Of a stretch of 64,000 bases of DNA, positions 49,677 through 59,170 are shown piece by piece; positions within the stretch are counted from its first letter, which is position 1, and each line of letters begins with the position of its first letter. The notes under the pieces are model-generated. The model saw only the letters and a list, made by a program, of their open reading frames with translations. It was not told the DNA's origin and did no database searches. The translations under genes and the position numbers were made by a program. The stretch lies in the NCBI GenBank assembly GCA_015490455.1, contig WFXU01000024.1, forward strand, positions 13,663 to 77,662. The letters run 5' to 3'. Source of the DNA: Hyphomicrobiales bacterium. GTDB taxonomy: Bacteria; Pseudomonadota; Alphaproteobacteria; Rhizobiales; Devosiaceae.

Positions 49677-49805
49677 TAGGATTATTTGTCCAATATGTCG
49701 CAAAATTGAGACATTTTCCAAAATAATATAATTAGTGCTAGGTGACAATTTGCAATGGCTGGGTATTCTTGCCTCCTAATTTCAGAACATGATTTTGAGG
49801 AGGAA

Positions 49806-51299
49806 ATGATGACATTCAAATTTAAGGAAAAATATGGTAATTTTATCGGCGGTAAGTGGGTTGAGCCAATAGATGGGCGGTATTTTGATAATATCTCGCC
49901 GGTAAATGGTAAGGTCTTGTGCCAAATACCACGTTCAAATGAAAAAGATATAGAATTGGCACTAGATGCAGCGCATGCGGCAAAAGAGGCTTGGGCTGCA
50001 ACCAGCGTTACTGAGCGCTCCAATCTCTTATATAAAATCGCTCAAATAATGGAAGATAATTTAGCGACCCTAGCAGAGGCAGAAAGTTGGGATAATGGCA
50101 AGCCAATCCGCGAAACAAGCGCTGCCGATATTCCGCTTGCGATAGATCATTTTCGTTATTTTGCCGGCGTTATAAGGGCGCAGGAGGGATCAATCAGCGA
50201 ATTAGATGTTGACACGGTCGCTTATCATTTTCCAGAGCCGCTTGGGGTTGTGGGACAGATTATTCCTTGGAATTTTCCAATTTTAATGGCAGCGTGGAAA
50301 TTGCCACCCGCTTTGGCTACTGGAAATTGCGTTGTGCTTAAACCGGCCGAGCAAACACCGGCTTCAATTTTGGTTCTATTAGAGCTAATTGCCGATATTT
50401 TGCCGCCCGGTGTTGTAAATATTGTTAATGGTTTTGGGCTTGAAGCGGGTAAACCGCTTGCTACTTCCAGTAGAATTGCAAAAATTGCCTTTACTGGTGA
50501 AACTACAACCGGTCGTTTAATCATGCAATATGCTACACAAAATCTTATTCCTTCAACTTTGGAACTAGGTGGTAAATCGCCAAATATTTTCTTCAAAGAT
50601 GTAATGCGGGAAGATGATAATTATCTTGATAAGGCGATTGAGGGTTTTGTTTTATTTGCCTTTAATCAGGGTGAGGTTTGCACATGTCCATCACGCGCGC
50701 TTATTCATGAAGATATTTATGAAGAATTTATGGCGCGTTGCTTAGAGCGCACCAAAGCGATTATTCAGGGAAATCCGTTAGATTCAAACACAATGGTTGG
50801 CGCGCAGGCTTCAAAAGAACAATATGAGAAAATACTTTCATATTTTGATATTGGCAAAAAAGAGGGAGCCGAACTTTTATTGGGAGGCGAAGCTTTTGAG
50901 CCGGGAGGCGAGCTTAGTGGTGGTTTTTATATAAAGCCGACTATTTTTAAGGGCAATAATTCAATGCGCATTTTTCAGGAGGAAATTTTTGGTCCCGTCG
51001 TTGCTGTGACTACCTTCAAAAATGACGAGGAAGCGCTAGAAATTGCTAATGATACGCTTTATGGGCTTGGCGCTGGCGTTTGGTCACGTGAAATAAATAA
51101 ATGTTATCGTTTTGGTAGAGCATTAAAGGCAGGGCGTGTTTGGACCAATTGCTATCATGCCTATCCGGCGCACGCTGCTTTTGGTGGTTATAAACAATCT
51201 GGCATTGGGCGCGAAAACCATCTTAAAATGTTGGATCATTATCAACAGACCAAAAATTTATTGGTTAGCTATAATCCAAATAAACTTGGCTTCTTTTAA
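49806..51299 (+). CDS. NAD(P)-dependent aldehyde dehydrogenase
   Basis: IIPWNFP, catalytic ELGGKSP and GEVCTCPSR motifs. The ATG at 49806 follows GAGGAGG. Confidence 0.92.
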   Translation: MMTFKFKEKYGNFIGGKWVEPIDGRYFDNISPVNGKVLCQIPRSNEKDIELALDAAHAAKEAWAATSVTERSNLLYKIAQIMEDNLATLAEAESWDNGKPIRETSAADIPLAIDHFRYFAGVIRAQEGSISELDVDTVAYHFPEPLGVVGQIIPWNFPILMAAWKLPPALATGNCVVLKPAEQTPASILVLLELIADILPPGVVNIVNGFGLEAGKPLATSSRIAKIAFTGETTTGRLIMQYATQNLIPSTLELGGKSPNIFFKDVMREDDNYLDKAIEGFVLFAFNQGEVCTCPSRALIHEDIYEEFMARCLERTKAIIQGNPLDSNTMVGAQASKEQYEKILSYFDIGKKEGAELLLGGEAFEPGGELSGGFYIKPTIFKGNNSMRIFQEEIFGPVVAVTTFKNDEEALEIANDTLYGLGAGVWSREINKCYRFGRALKAGRVWTNCYHAYPAHAAFGGYKQSGIGRENHLKMLDHYQQTKNLLVSYNPNKLGFF

Positions 51300-51304
51300 T
51301 TTCA

Positions 51305-51337
51305 AAAAGGGGTGGTGCATTTAGATGCACCCCTTTA
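51305..51337 (+). terminator. GC-rich stem-loop between the aldehyde dehydrogenase and DUF779 genes (possible attenuator or weak terminator)
   Basis: The core stem is GTGCAT-ttag-ATGCAC, flanked by GGGG/CCCC arms, then CCCCTTT. Only a 3-T tail follows. Confidence 0.35.
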
Positions 51338-51343
51338 AGAACA

Positions 51344-51670
51344 ATGAGCGAAAAATTAGTCGCAACAAAGGCGGCGCTAGATTTTATTGAACAATTAAAA
51401 GAGAAACATGGTGAACTTATGTTTCACCAGTCGGGGGGCTGTTGTGATGGCTCCTCGCCCATGTGTTATGCAAAGGGAGAACTATTTTTAGGCGATAGTG
51501 ATATAAAATTAGGCGAAATTGGAGGGGCTGAATTTTATATTAATAAAGATCAATATGAGAGCTGGAAACATACTAAACTCATTATTGATGTTATTGAAGG
51601 AAAGGGAGGAATGTTCTCACTTGATAACGGCACCGGGAAAAGATTTATCACCCGCTCAGAGCTTTTATAA
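51344..51670 (+). CDS. DUF779 family protein (aldehyde dehydrogenase-associated)
   Basis: 108 aa with the HQSGGCCDGS motif, lying immediately after an aldehyde dehydrogenase gene. Confidence 0.65.
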   Translation: MSEKLVATKAALDFIEQLKEKHGELMFHQSGGCCDGSSPMCYAKGELFLGDSDIKLGEIGGAEFYINKDQYESWKHTKLIIDVIEGKGGMFSLDNGTGKRFITRSELL

Positions 51671-51773
51671 ATCAATAATAGCCGCTGTAAAATTGTTACT
51701 TTTATGTAGTATTGTAGCGCATTTACTGATGTTGGACTATCCGTATTGATCAAGCATTATCCTAAATCTATCA

Positions 51774-51816
51774 AGTCGGTCGTGAAGATTTTATTAATCA
51801 GAAATCAGAAGTCGGA
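51774..51816. repeat. Dispersed intergenic repeat, copy B
   Basis: AGTCGGTCGTGAAGATTTTATTAATCAGAAATCAGAAGTCGGA. An inverted partner of its first 18 nt lies at 51908-51924. Confidence 0.75.
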
Positions 51817-51937
51817 AAACGCAAAAATATCTATACAAATTGCAAGAAAAATGCATATGGAGAGATAAAATCTGGCAATATTAAATGCGCAATAAGGGCA
51901 AAATATCAATAAAATTCTTCACGGAGGAATAATTATC

Positions 51938-52468
51938 CTATGCCGCTAAAGAGCTAATATATTCATCATAATTCACATTATTTTGCGCCAAAATATTTTG
52001 TATATGTTTTATGGCAGCTAACATTCCCTCTTTACTATTTGTATAGTTTTTCTCAATTGCTAAAAGCTCATTATAAAGGGGTAAAATATGTCTATCTATA
52101 ATTTTTTTATCCGGTGCATATCGCTCACAGTGATATGCAATTAATTCGTTTTTTGCGTTAAAGGTTGGAACTATATTGGCCTTAGCCCAATAATAGTCAT
52201 TATTTTTGCATTTGCTGACCAGATAAATGAAAATTTCATGTTTTTCCTTGATAGTTGACCATAATAGGGCAAAAATCGATCTGGGCATTTGTGAATGGCG
52301 AACTATTGAATGGGGGCGGCCTATCACCTCACTTTCCTTATAGCCCGTCATTTGCAAAAAATTATTATTTACATATGTTATTTTTCCACTCAAATCGGTC
52401 TTGGAAATAATGATAGTGTCGGAATCAAAAAATTTTTCCTTTCCAACAAGCGCTGATGATTCGTCCAT
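51938..52468 (-). CDS. Stand-alone Aer-type PAS-domain protein
   Basis: ISKTDLSGKITYVNNNFLQMTGYKESEVIGRPHSIVRHSQMP resembles the Aer/FAD-PAS signature. The ATG at 52468 is preceded by GGAGGGG. Confidence 0.7.
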   Translation of the reverse strand: MDESSALVGKEKFFDSDTIIISKTDLSGKITYVNNNFLQMTGYKESEVIGRPHSIVRHSQMPRSIFALLWSTIKEKHEIFIYLVSKCKNNDYYWAKANIVPTFNAKNELIAYHCERYAPDKKIIDRHILPLYNELLAIEKNYTNSKEGMLAAIKHIQNILAQNNVNYDEYISSLAA

Positions 52469-52730
52469 TAAGTTTTCCCCTCCAAAAATATGCACGCAAC
52501 CCCGATCTTAGAAAGGTCTAAGAAATCGCAGCTTTGATATATGCTATATTACTTAGTAAATGCACCCTCTATATATGCGTCCCTATATATACGCACCCCC
52601 ATACGGCGCACCCCCTGACTAGATTTGAGGGGGACGGCTAGCATAAAACAGCATAAATGTCACTAGCTAAATTTTATTATACACATATAATTTTTAAAAG
52701 CTACAATATCGGCTAGATGAGCCGAAATTA

Positions 52731-54330
52731 TTATCTGCCAATAACAATTTCAGGCCCCATTAAAGAATAGGGTAGCCAGGTTGAAAGCCATGGCGTATAT
52801 GTTACGATAATCAAAAATAGCATTAAAACAGCAACAAAGGGCAGAGCTGCCTTAACGACCCTTAAAAGACTCATTCCGGTAATGCCAGAAGTAACAAACA
52901 AATTTAAGCCAATGGGAGGGGTAATCATCCCTATTTCCATATTTACCACCATAATAATGCCAAGATGGATTGGATCTACTCCAAGTTCCATTGCGATAGG
53001 GAAAACAACCGGTGCAACAATTAGTAATAGGCCAGATGGTTCCATAAATTGTCCGCCAATCAGCAATAGAATATTTACGGCAATTAAAAAGGTAAACCAG
53101 TTAAAACCAGCGCTCAGCATCCATTCAGTAATGGCTTGGGGAATGCGCTCAGATGTTAAAACATGGGCGAATAAAAATGCGTTCACAATAATGAACATAA
53201 GCATAATTGTGGTGCGCGAGCTTTCAAATAGAACTCTCTTCGTATCTTTATGGAAAAGTGCAGGAAAGAATTTTTTACCAATTACCAAAAGATTATAACC
53301 CCAAATTGGAAGACCTGCAAAAAAAACTTAGCGGATTATTCTCCCGCTTTAGAAAAGGGTAGCCAATTAGAGTAAGTATGGATAAAGCAAATCCAAGCCA
53401 TATGCGAACAGATCTAGGAGCTTCGGGGAAGAAGAATGAAAGAATTGCCCATAATAAAAATAAAGCCAAAGCATAAACACTTGCCTTAAAACCAATAATT
53501 GCATGTCTTGACGCATTTTCTGGAATCCAAACAATGCCTTCAAGTGGCCCCATATCGCGATAGATAAAAAGCGAAACAAAGCCTGCATAAACTGCCGCTA
53601 CTGCCGCAGCTTCTGTCGGGGTAAATGCGCCGCCATAAATGCCGCCAATAATAATGAAAATTAAAAATAATCCCCAGCCAGCCTCCTTGCCACTATCTAT
53701 TATTTCCTGAAAACCTTTCCAGTCTTCCGCTGGCAGATTTCTAATTCGCGCCACTATATATATTGCAATCATTAACATGGCACCGGCTAATATTCCCGGA
53801 ATAACGCCAGCCAAAAACATTCGCCCAACCGAAACATCAGTGGCCGCAGCATATACAACCATCACAATAGAAGGAGGAATTAAAATGCCCAAAGTGCCCG
53901 CATTGGCAATAACACCTGCGGCAAATTCTTTTGAATATCCAACCTGCATCATGCCGGCAATAGCAATTGTTCCTATGGCCACAACCGTTGCAGGGGAAGA
54001 GCCGGAAAGGGCTGCAAACATCATACAGGCTAAAACAGAAGCCATTGCTAAACCGCCCCTAAAATGACCAACTGTAGCAATAGCCACCCTGATTATACGC
54101 CTGGCAACATCGCCATTAGACATGAAGGTTGAGGCAAGAATAAAGAACGGAATTGCTAAAAGGGTAGAGTGAGTTTGGGCGGAAGAAAATAGGGTCATAG
54201 AGATGCTAGAAAGGGAGTCATCGGAAAATAGGGCAATCACAATGACGCTAGAAAGCCCAAGGGCAATAGCAATAGGAACTCCCAAAAATAATAATGAAAG
54301 AACCAGTGCAAATAAAATTAATGAAACCAC
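52731..54330 (-). pseudogene. dctM: TRAP transporter large permease DctM, split into two frames at an A8/T8 homopolymer
   Basis: The ORFs 53293..54330 and 52731..53288 are both DctM-like. Removing one T from the T8 run (plus-strand A8, 53319-53326) fuses them: ...SFFAGLPIWGYNLLVIGKKFF... Confidence 0.75.
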
Positions 54331-54346
54331 TATATTATCCCTATAA

Positions 54347-54913
54347 TTATTTAATTATATCTTTATTATCTTCAACCAATTGTTCAGCTTCGTGTGAAGC
54401 AATAATTAATCGCCTTTCACCGCGAATAATTTCAATTGTAGCCTGCAAACAACGATAGGCTAATAGGGCAAGACCTGTGGGTAATATTAAATAGGCGATC
54501 CAGCGATGCATGCGCTCGGGCAGGCCAAATAGGTTTTGTGCCCAAAGGGGATATTTTATATCCTCCATGCCAATTCCAATCTTATATATTAGAGACCAAT
54601 AAGCCAGCGCGCCGCCCTTTGTATCTATGTTAAAATATTGCAACCAATCGGAATAAATTAGCAAAAATGCATAAAGAAAACCCGCTAAGGCACTAAATAT
54701 TGCAACAATTTTGAAAATTTTGGGCGGAAGTAAATTTACGAAAGCATCAACCCCAAGATGGCTGTTAATCTTAACCGCATATGACATACCAAATAGAATA
54801 AGCCAGGCAAATAGGACTGTGGAAATTTCCAAAGCGCCTTCAATCTGCGCATGAAAGCCATAGCGCGCCACAACTTGAGCAAAAGTAATTAAACATATTG
54901 CTGCCATTAGCAA
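54347..54913 (-). CDS. dctQ: TRAP transporter small permease DctQ
   Basis: FAQVVARYGF motif and 4 TM helices, lying between dctP and dctM. The frame stays open upstream to 55045 without ATG/GTG/TTG. Confidence 0.7.
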   Translation of the reverse strand: MLMAAICLITFAQVVARYGFHAQIEGALEISTVLFAWLILFGMSYAVKINSHLGVDAFVNLLPPKIFKIVAIFSALAGFLYAFLLIYSDWLQYFNIDTKGGALAYWSLIYKIGIGMEDIKYPLWAQNLFGLPERMHRWIAYLILPTGLALLAYRCLQATIEIIRGERRLIIASHEAEQLVEDNKDIIK

Positions 54914-55124
54914 CGCTATTATATTTTCTTCTATATTGGTAACAATGTCAGGCCAGAAATATTCGGCAATGAACAGAACCGCAAGAAGAACAATAATTAT
55001 CAGAATAATTGTAAAAATGGCAGTTCTCCCCCAAACTCGGTTTTCTCAATTACCCAATTGTAAATATTTTTTGATTGATATTCTGCTCAAAGCACTCAGC
55101 CTTGAGCAGAATAGTTTAATTTTA

Positions 55125-56126
55125 TTATTCGTTGGCAGCAACAGCTGCTTCAATCATGTCTTTACCAATATCGGCTTCAAACTTAGCCCACACAGGTTTC
55201 ATAACATCAACCCATTGCTGACGTTGTTCTGGTGTTAATTCACGAATTACACCACCAGCATTGAGGATATTTTGCCTATTCATAGCTTCTTTTTCAGCCA
55301 CCGCACTATTTGCTTCCTTTGTGACCTCGTCAACAATGCTTAAGAATTGATCACGGACTGCGGGATCAAGACTATTAAGCCATTCTGAAGACGTAACCAA
55401 TAGATAGGCAAGCAATTGGTGATTTGTTTCGGTTACACCATCTTGCACTTCAAAGAATTTCTTGGTGTAAATATTTGACCAAGTATTTTCCTGTCCGTCA
55501 ACAACGCCAGTTTGCAATGCGCCATAAACCTCAGAAAAAGCAAGTTTTTGTGCAGAGCCGCCAATGGCATTTATCATGGCAACGGCGACATCAGAAGTTT
55601 GCACACGGAACTTAAGTCCCTTAGCATCACTTGGCACAATTAGCGGTTTATTGGCTGAAAATTGCTTTAAGCCTGACATCCAATAGCCAAGACCTGTATA
55701 GCCCACATCATTCATGACATTGAGCAATTCCTTACCCTTATCGCTGCTGGTAAATTTTTCTACCGCATCAAGACTTGAGAAAAGGAAGGGCAAGTCAAAA
55801 AGACGATATTTCAGCGTATAAGCTTCAAATTTTGATAGGGAAGGCGCAGCCAATTGCACATCGCCCAATAATAGCGCCTCAAGCACTTTATTATCGTTAA
55901 ATAGGGTTGAGTTTGGATATACTTCCATACAGGCAACCCCGTTCATTTTATCATTTACGCGCTCAGCCAACAATGTTGCAGCATCACCCTTTGGGTGGCC
56001 TGTTGCCGCAACAACATGGCTAAATTTAATTACAATTTCACCATCATCGCATGGGGAAGCGAAGCTGGCAGAAGTTGTAAGCGCAAAAGCAGTCGCTGCA
56101 ATAGCAGCAAATTTAACTAATTTCAT
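55125..56126 (-). CDS. dctP: TRAP transporter substrate-binding protein DctP
   Basis: 333 aa with a signal peptide and a DctP-family pattern (KFSHVVA..HPKG, GLKFRV). It is first in the P-Q-M order. Confidence 0.88.
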   Translation of the reverse strand: MKLVKFAAIAATAFALTTSASFASPCDDGEIVIKFSHVVAATGHPKGDAATLLAERVNDKMNGVACMEVYPNSTLFNDNKVLEALLLGDVQLAAPSLSKFEAYTLKYRLFDLPFLFSSLDAVEKFTSSDKGKELLNVMNDVGYTGLGYWMSGLKQFSANKPLIVPSDAKGLKFRVQTSDVAVAMINAIGGSAQKLAFSEVYGALQTGVVDGQENTWSNIYTKKFFEVQDGVTETNHQLLAYLLVTSSEWLNSLDPAVRDQFLSIVDEVTKEANSAVAEKEAMNRQNILNAGGVIRELTPEQRQQWVDVMKPVWAKFEADIGKDMIEAAVAANE

Positions 56127-56361
56127 TTGATTTCCTCCAAAAATGCTACGAATTTTTCGTGCTATTTTTTAGAGCAGAGGATTTCATATAATTTCAAGCA
56201 TAAATAGGTCATAATTTGGAAAAAAATCAAAAATTAAAGCAAAATGGGTAATTATAGTAACAAAATGACTTTGCTTGTGTAGAAAATTTCACATTTATTT
56301 TATTTTGTTTTATTTGTTTACTTTGCTTTATTTAGCAGGAACAAATAGAATAACTCCTACA

Positions 56362-57198
56362 TTAATATTTACTAAGCGCTTTGGCCATTTTCAGATAGCT
56401 ATTTAGAGGTAATTGTTCGGCGCGCTCTGTGCCACTAATTCCAGCAATTTTTATTAATTCTTCAGCTGGTATTTTCAATCCCTTTAGGCTTTGGCGCACC
56501 ATTTTGCGCTTTTTACTGAATGCCGCCCTTGTTATATCTTCAAGAGCAGTTATTTGGATAGTTTTATCAATGGGTTTTGGAACTAGCTCTACAAGTGAAG
56601 AAGTAATTTTTGGTTCTGGTGTAAAAGCGCTTTTTTCAATATTAAATAATATTTTTGTATCCGTAAGCCACGCGCATAATATGCTTAAGCGCCCATAATC
56701 CTTATCTCCGAATTTTGCGCAAATACGTTGAGCAACTTCTTTTTGAAACATTAAAGTAAGACTAGAGAAAAAGGGAGGCCAACTTGTTTTTGTTAGCCAT
56801 TTTATCAGCAATTTAGTGGCAATATTATAGGGCAGATTGGCAATTATTTTTGTTGGTCCATTTGCCAAAGAAGCATAGTCAATCTTTAGTGCATCCGCAC
56901 AAATTAACTCAATTTTATTTGGATAAATATTGGCAATATCCATTAGAGCCGGTTTTGCTCTTTCATCTTTTTCAATTGCGATTATTTTTTTTGCACCCTG
57001 TTTTAATAATGCTCTTGTTAAACCGCCTGGCCCCGCCCCAACTTCAATAATTGTAAATCCGCTTAGCTCTCCCGCACTTTTAGCTATTTTATTGGTAATG
57101 TTTAGATCAAGCAAAAAATTTTGCCCCAGATTTTTTTTGGCGCGTAAATTATATTTGCCTATAACTTCTCTTAATGGAGGTAATTTATCATCTATCAT
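56362..57198 (-). CDS. rsmA: 16S rRNA (adenine1518/1519-N6)-dimethyltransferase
   Basis: KKNLGQNFL and SAM motif EVGAGPGGLT. It overlaps the pdxA stop. Confidence 0.92.
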   Translation of the reverse strand: MIDDKLPPLREVIGKYNLRAKKNLGQNFLLDLNITNKIAKSAGELSGFTIIEVGAGPGGLTRALLKQGAKKIIAIEKDERAKPALMDIANIYPNKIELICADALKIDYASLANGPTKIIANLPYNIATKLLIKWLTKTSWPPFFSSLTLMFQKEVAQRICAKFGDKDYGRLSILCAWLTDTKILFNIEKSAFTPEPKITSSLVELVPKPIDKTIQITALEDITRAAFSKKRKMVRQSLKGLKIPAEELIKIAGISGTERAEQLPLNSYLKMAKALSKY

Positions 57199-58198
57199 TA
57201 TTATTGCTCATTAGTTCGGCCATTCTTATTGCCTCAAGCATGGAAGTGATAGAAATATTATTTTTTCCAGCCAAATTTAGGGCGGTTCCATGATCGGGAG
57301 AAGTGCGAATTATCGGTAAGCCAAGCGTTATATTTACTGCTTTTTCAAAGGCAATAGTTTTTATCGGAATTAGCGCCTGATCGTGATAGGTGGCTAAAAT
57401 TGCATCAAATTCCCGCCATTTAGGAGGATAAAATAAACTATCAGCGGGTAGGGGATCTGTTATATTTATGCCCTGCTGGCGCAATTGCGCAACTGCCGGC
57501 TGGATAATATTTATTTCTTCTTTTCCCATTACGCCATTTTCTCCGGCATGCGGGTTTAATCCGGTAATGGCCAATTTTGGCTCTTTAATATTAAAATATT
57601 TACCTAAATCTCTTGCTATAATTTTAGCCGATTTTACAATTAGCGACTTTGTTAAATTTAGGGCTACTTTTCTTAGTTCAATATGTATCGTTAGGGGGAT
57701 AGTGCGTAAATTTTCATGCGCTAACATCATAATGGGGAAGGGGGGGGGATTATTTTTATCCATACATAAATAGCTTAAAAATTCGGTGTGGCCAGGAAAG
57801 TTAAATCCGCTTTTTATCAGGGCGTTTTTATGAATTGGCGCGGTTATTAGGGCTTTACATTTTTTTTCTAATACTGCCTTTGTTGCTAATTCAATGAATT
57901 TTATGGCTAATTGGGAATTTTCCTTATTTATTTTTCCTACCCTATCTATTATTTCGCCGCCAATATTTATTAGAGGCAGGTAAGAAGGAAAATATTTTTT
58001 AGCTTGTGCTGGGGTTGAATGTTTGAATTTAATATTTAGCCCTAATTTTTGCGCTCTTTGCTGTAAAATAGAAAGATTGCCATAAATAATAAAGGGGGGA
58101 GGGGCTAATTTGGCGCGCTCCGCATATATTTTAAGGATAAGATCCGCGCCAATCCCGGCCGGCTCTCCCATAGTGATGGCTAGGGGGAAATTTGCCAT
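57188..58198 (-). CDS. pdxA: 4-hydroxythreonine-4-phosphate dehydrogenase
   Basis: GEPAGIG, FPGHTEF and NPHAGENG motifs. Confidence 0.92.
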   Translation of the reverse strand: MANFPLAITMGEPAGIGADLILKIYAERAKLAPPPFIIYGNLSILQQRAQKLGLNIKFKHSTPAQAKKYFPSYLPLINIGGEIIDRVGKINKENSQLAIKFIELATKAVLEKKCKALITAPIHKNALIKSGFNFPGHTEFLSYLCMDKNNPPPFPIMMLAHENLRTIPLTIHIELRKVALNLTKSLIVKSAKIIARDLGKYFNIKEPKLAITGLNPHAGENGVMGKEEINIIQPAVAQLRQQGINITDPLPADSLFYPPKWREFDAILATYHDQALIPIKTIAFEKAVNITLGLPIIRTSPDHGTALNLAGKNNISITSMLEAIRMAELMSNNNDR

Positions 58199-58203
58199 TA
58201 TAA

Positions 58204-59130
58204 TTAGTGAATAATGATTGTAGCGCGTTCTTTTAGGCGCTGAAGATAAGCATCGGCCTCTTTTTTAACTTTTTCATTTCCGACCTCCTGCCTTAAATTA
58301 TTTTTGATAAAGGTTAGATCGCGCGCCGAATTTTTTGTGCATATTGCGAGCATGGAAACTCCTTTTTCAACCACTCTTGGTTTAGTTATTCCACCAACAT
58401 CAAGTCTTGCTAATTCCTTAGCTATTGGTTTTGGCAATTGAGTAGCATGGCGTCTGCCAACATCAAGCACGGCCACATCACGATATGAAAGGGATAGTTT
58501 TACCGCTCCATCGCAACCATTAAAATTTTTGCGATATTGGTTAGCCTGCGCGGTTCTTCTTGATTTGGAAATATTGGAGCCCTTTGGAATTATAAATAAA
58601 ATTTCTTTTAAGATATAATCATAGGACATGGTTTCTTCTAATTGCTGCTCCGCCTTTTGGTTCAATTCTAAATCAGAAATTTGCACACGCGGCATAATGG
58701 CCATTTTTGTTATTTGTTGCCATGCTATGCCAGCGCGTAGCCTATCTCTTAGGGTTTTCCTGCTAACGCCATTAGCCTTTAATATTTGATTGAGATTATT
58801 AACGCTCATTCTAAGATTTCTGGCTACATTAAGATAGGCCGCATCAACTTGTTTTTCTGTAATTTCTATTTTGAGCCTCTTAGCCTCTTGCAGTTTAAGC
58901 GCTTCTTCAATCAATTCATCTCGCGCCAATTTTAGACGGGCATTATTTGAATTGCCTCTTCTTTCAAGTTTAATCAGAGCAGCGCGCAGGGATATTTCCT
59001 GATCTGTTATTTGTGTGCCATTTACCGTTACGCGCACTTTGCTTGCCATAGCGGGCTGGCTAAGAAAAATAGCAAACAAAATAATAAGAACTGATCTAAT
59101 AGCGGGTGAATTAAGCATATTCGGCCTCAT
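58204..59130 (-). CDS. SurA-like periplasmic chaperone (SurA N-terminal domain protein)
   Basis: 308 aa with a signal peptide. It sits between lptD and pdxA, as surA does in this conserved operon. Confidence 0.7.
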   Translation of the reverse strand: MRPNMLNSPAIRSVLIILFAIFLSQPAMASKVRVTVNGTQITDQEISLRAALIKLERRGNSNNARLKLARDELIEEALKLQEAKRLKIEITEKQVDAAYLNVARNLRMSVNNLNQILKANGVSRKTLRDRLRAGIAWQQITKMAIMPRVQISDLELNQKAEQQLEETMSYDYILKEILFIIPKGSNISKSRRTAQANQYRKNFNGCDGAVKLSLSYRDVAVLDVGRRHATQLPKPIAKELARLDVGGITKPRVVEKGVSMLAICTKNSARDLTFIKNNLRQEVGNEKVKKEADAYLQRLKERATIIIH

Positions 59131-59170
59131 CTTAAATTTATTAATATCTCATATATGATTGCGGCAAAAA

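Noticed and set aside
49756-49773. Sigma-54-like promoter TGGCTGGGTATTCTTGCC upstream of the aldehyde dehydrogenase
   Set aside because: The GG and GC elements are separated by 12 nt rather than the canonical 10. The adjacent AcoR-like regulator also lacks the AAA+ domain needed to activate sigma-54.
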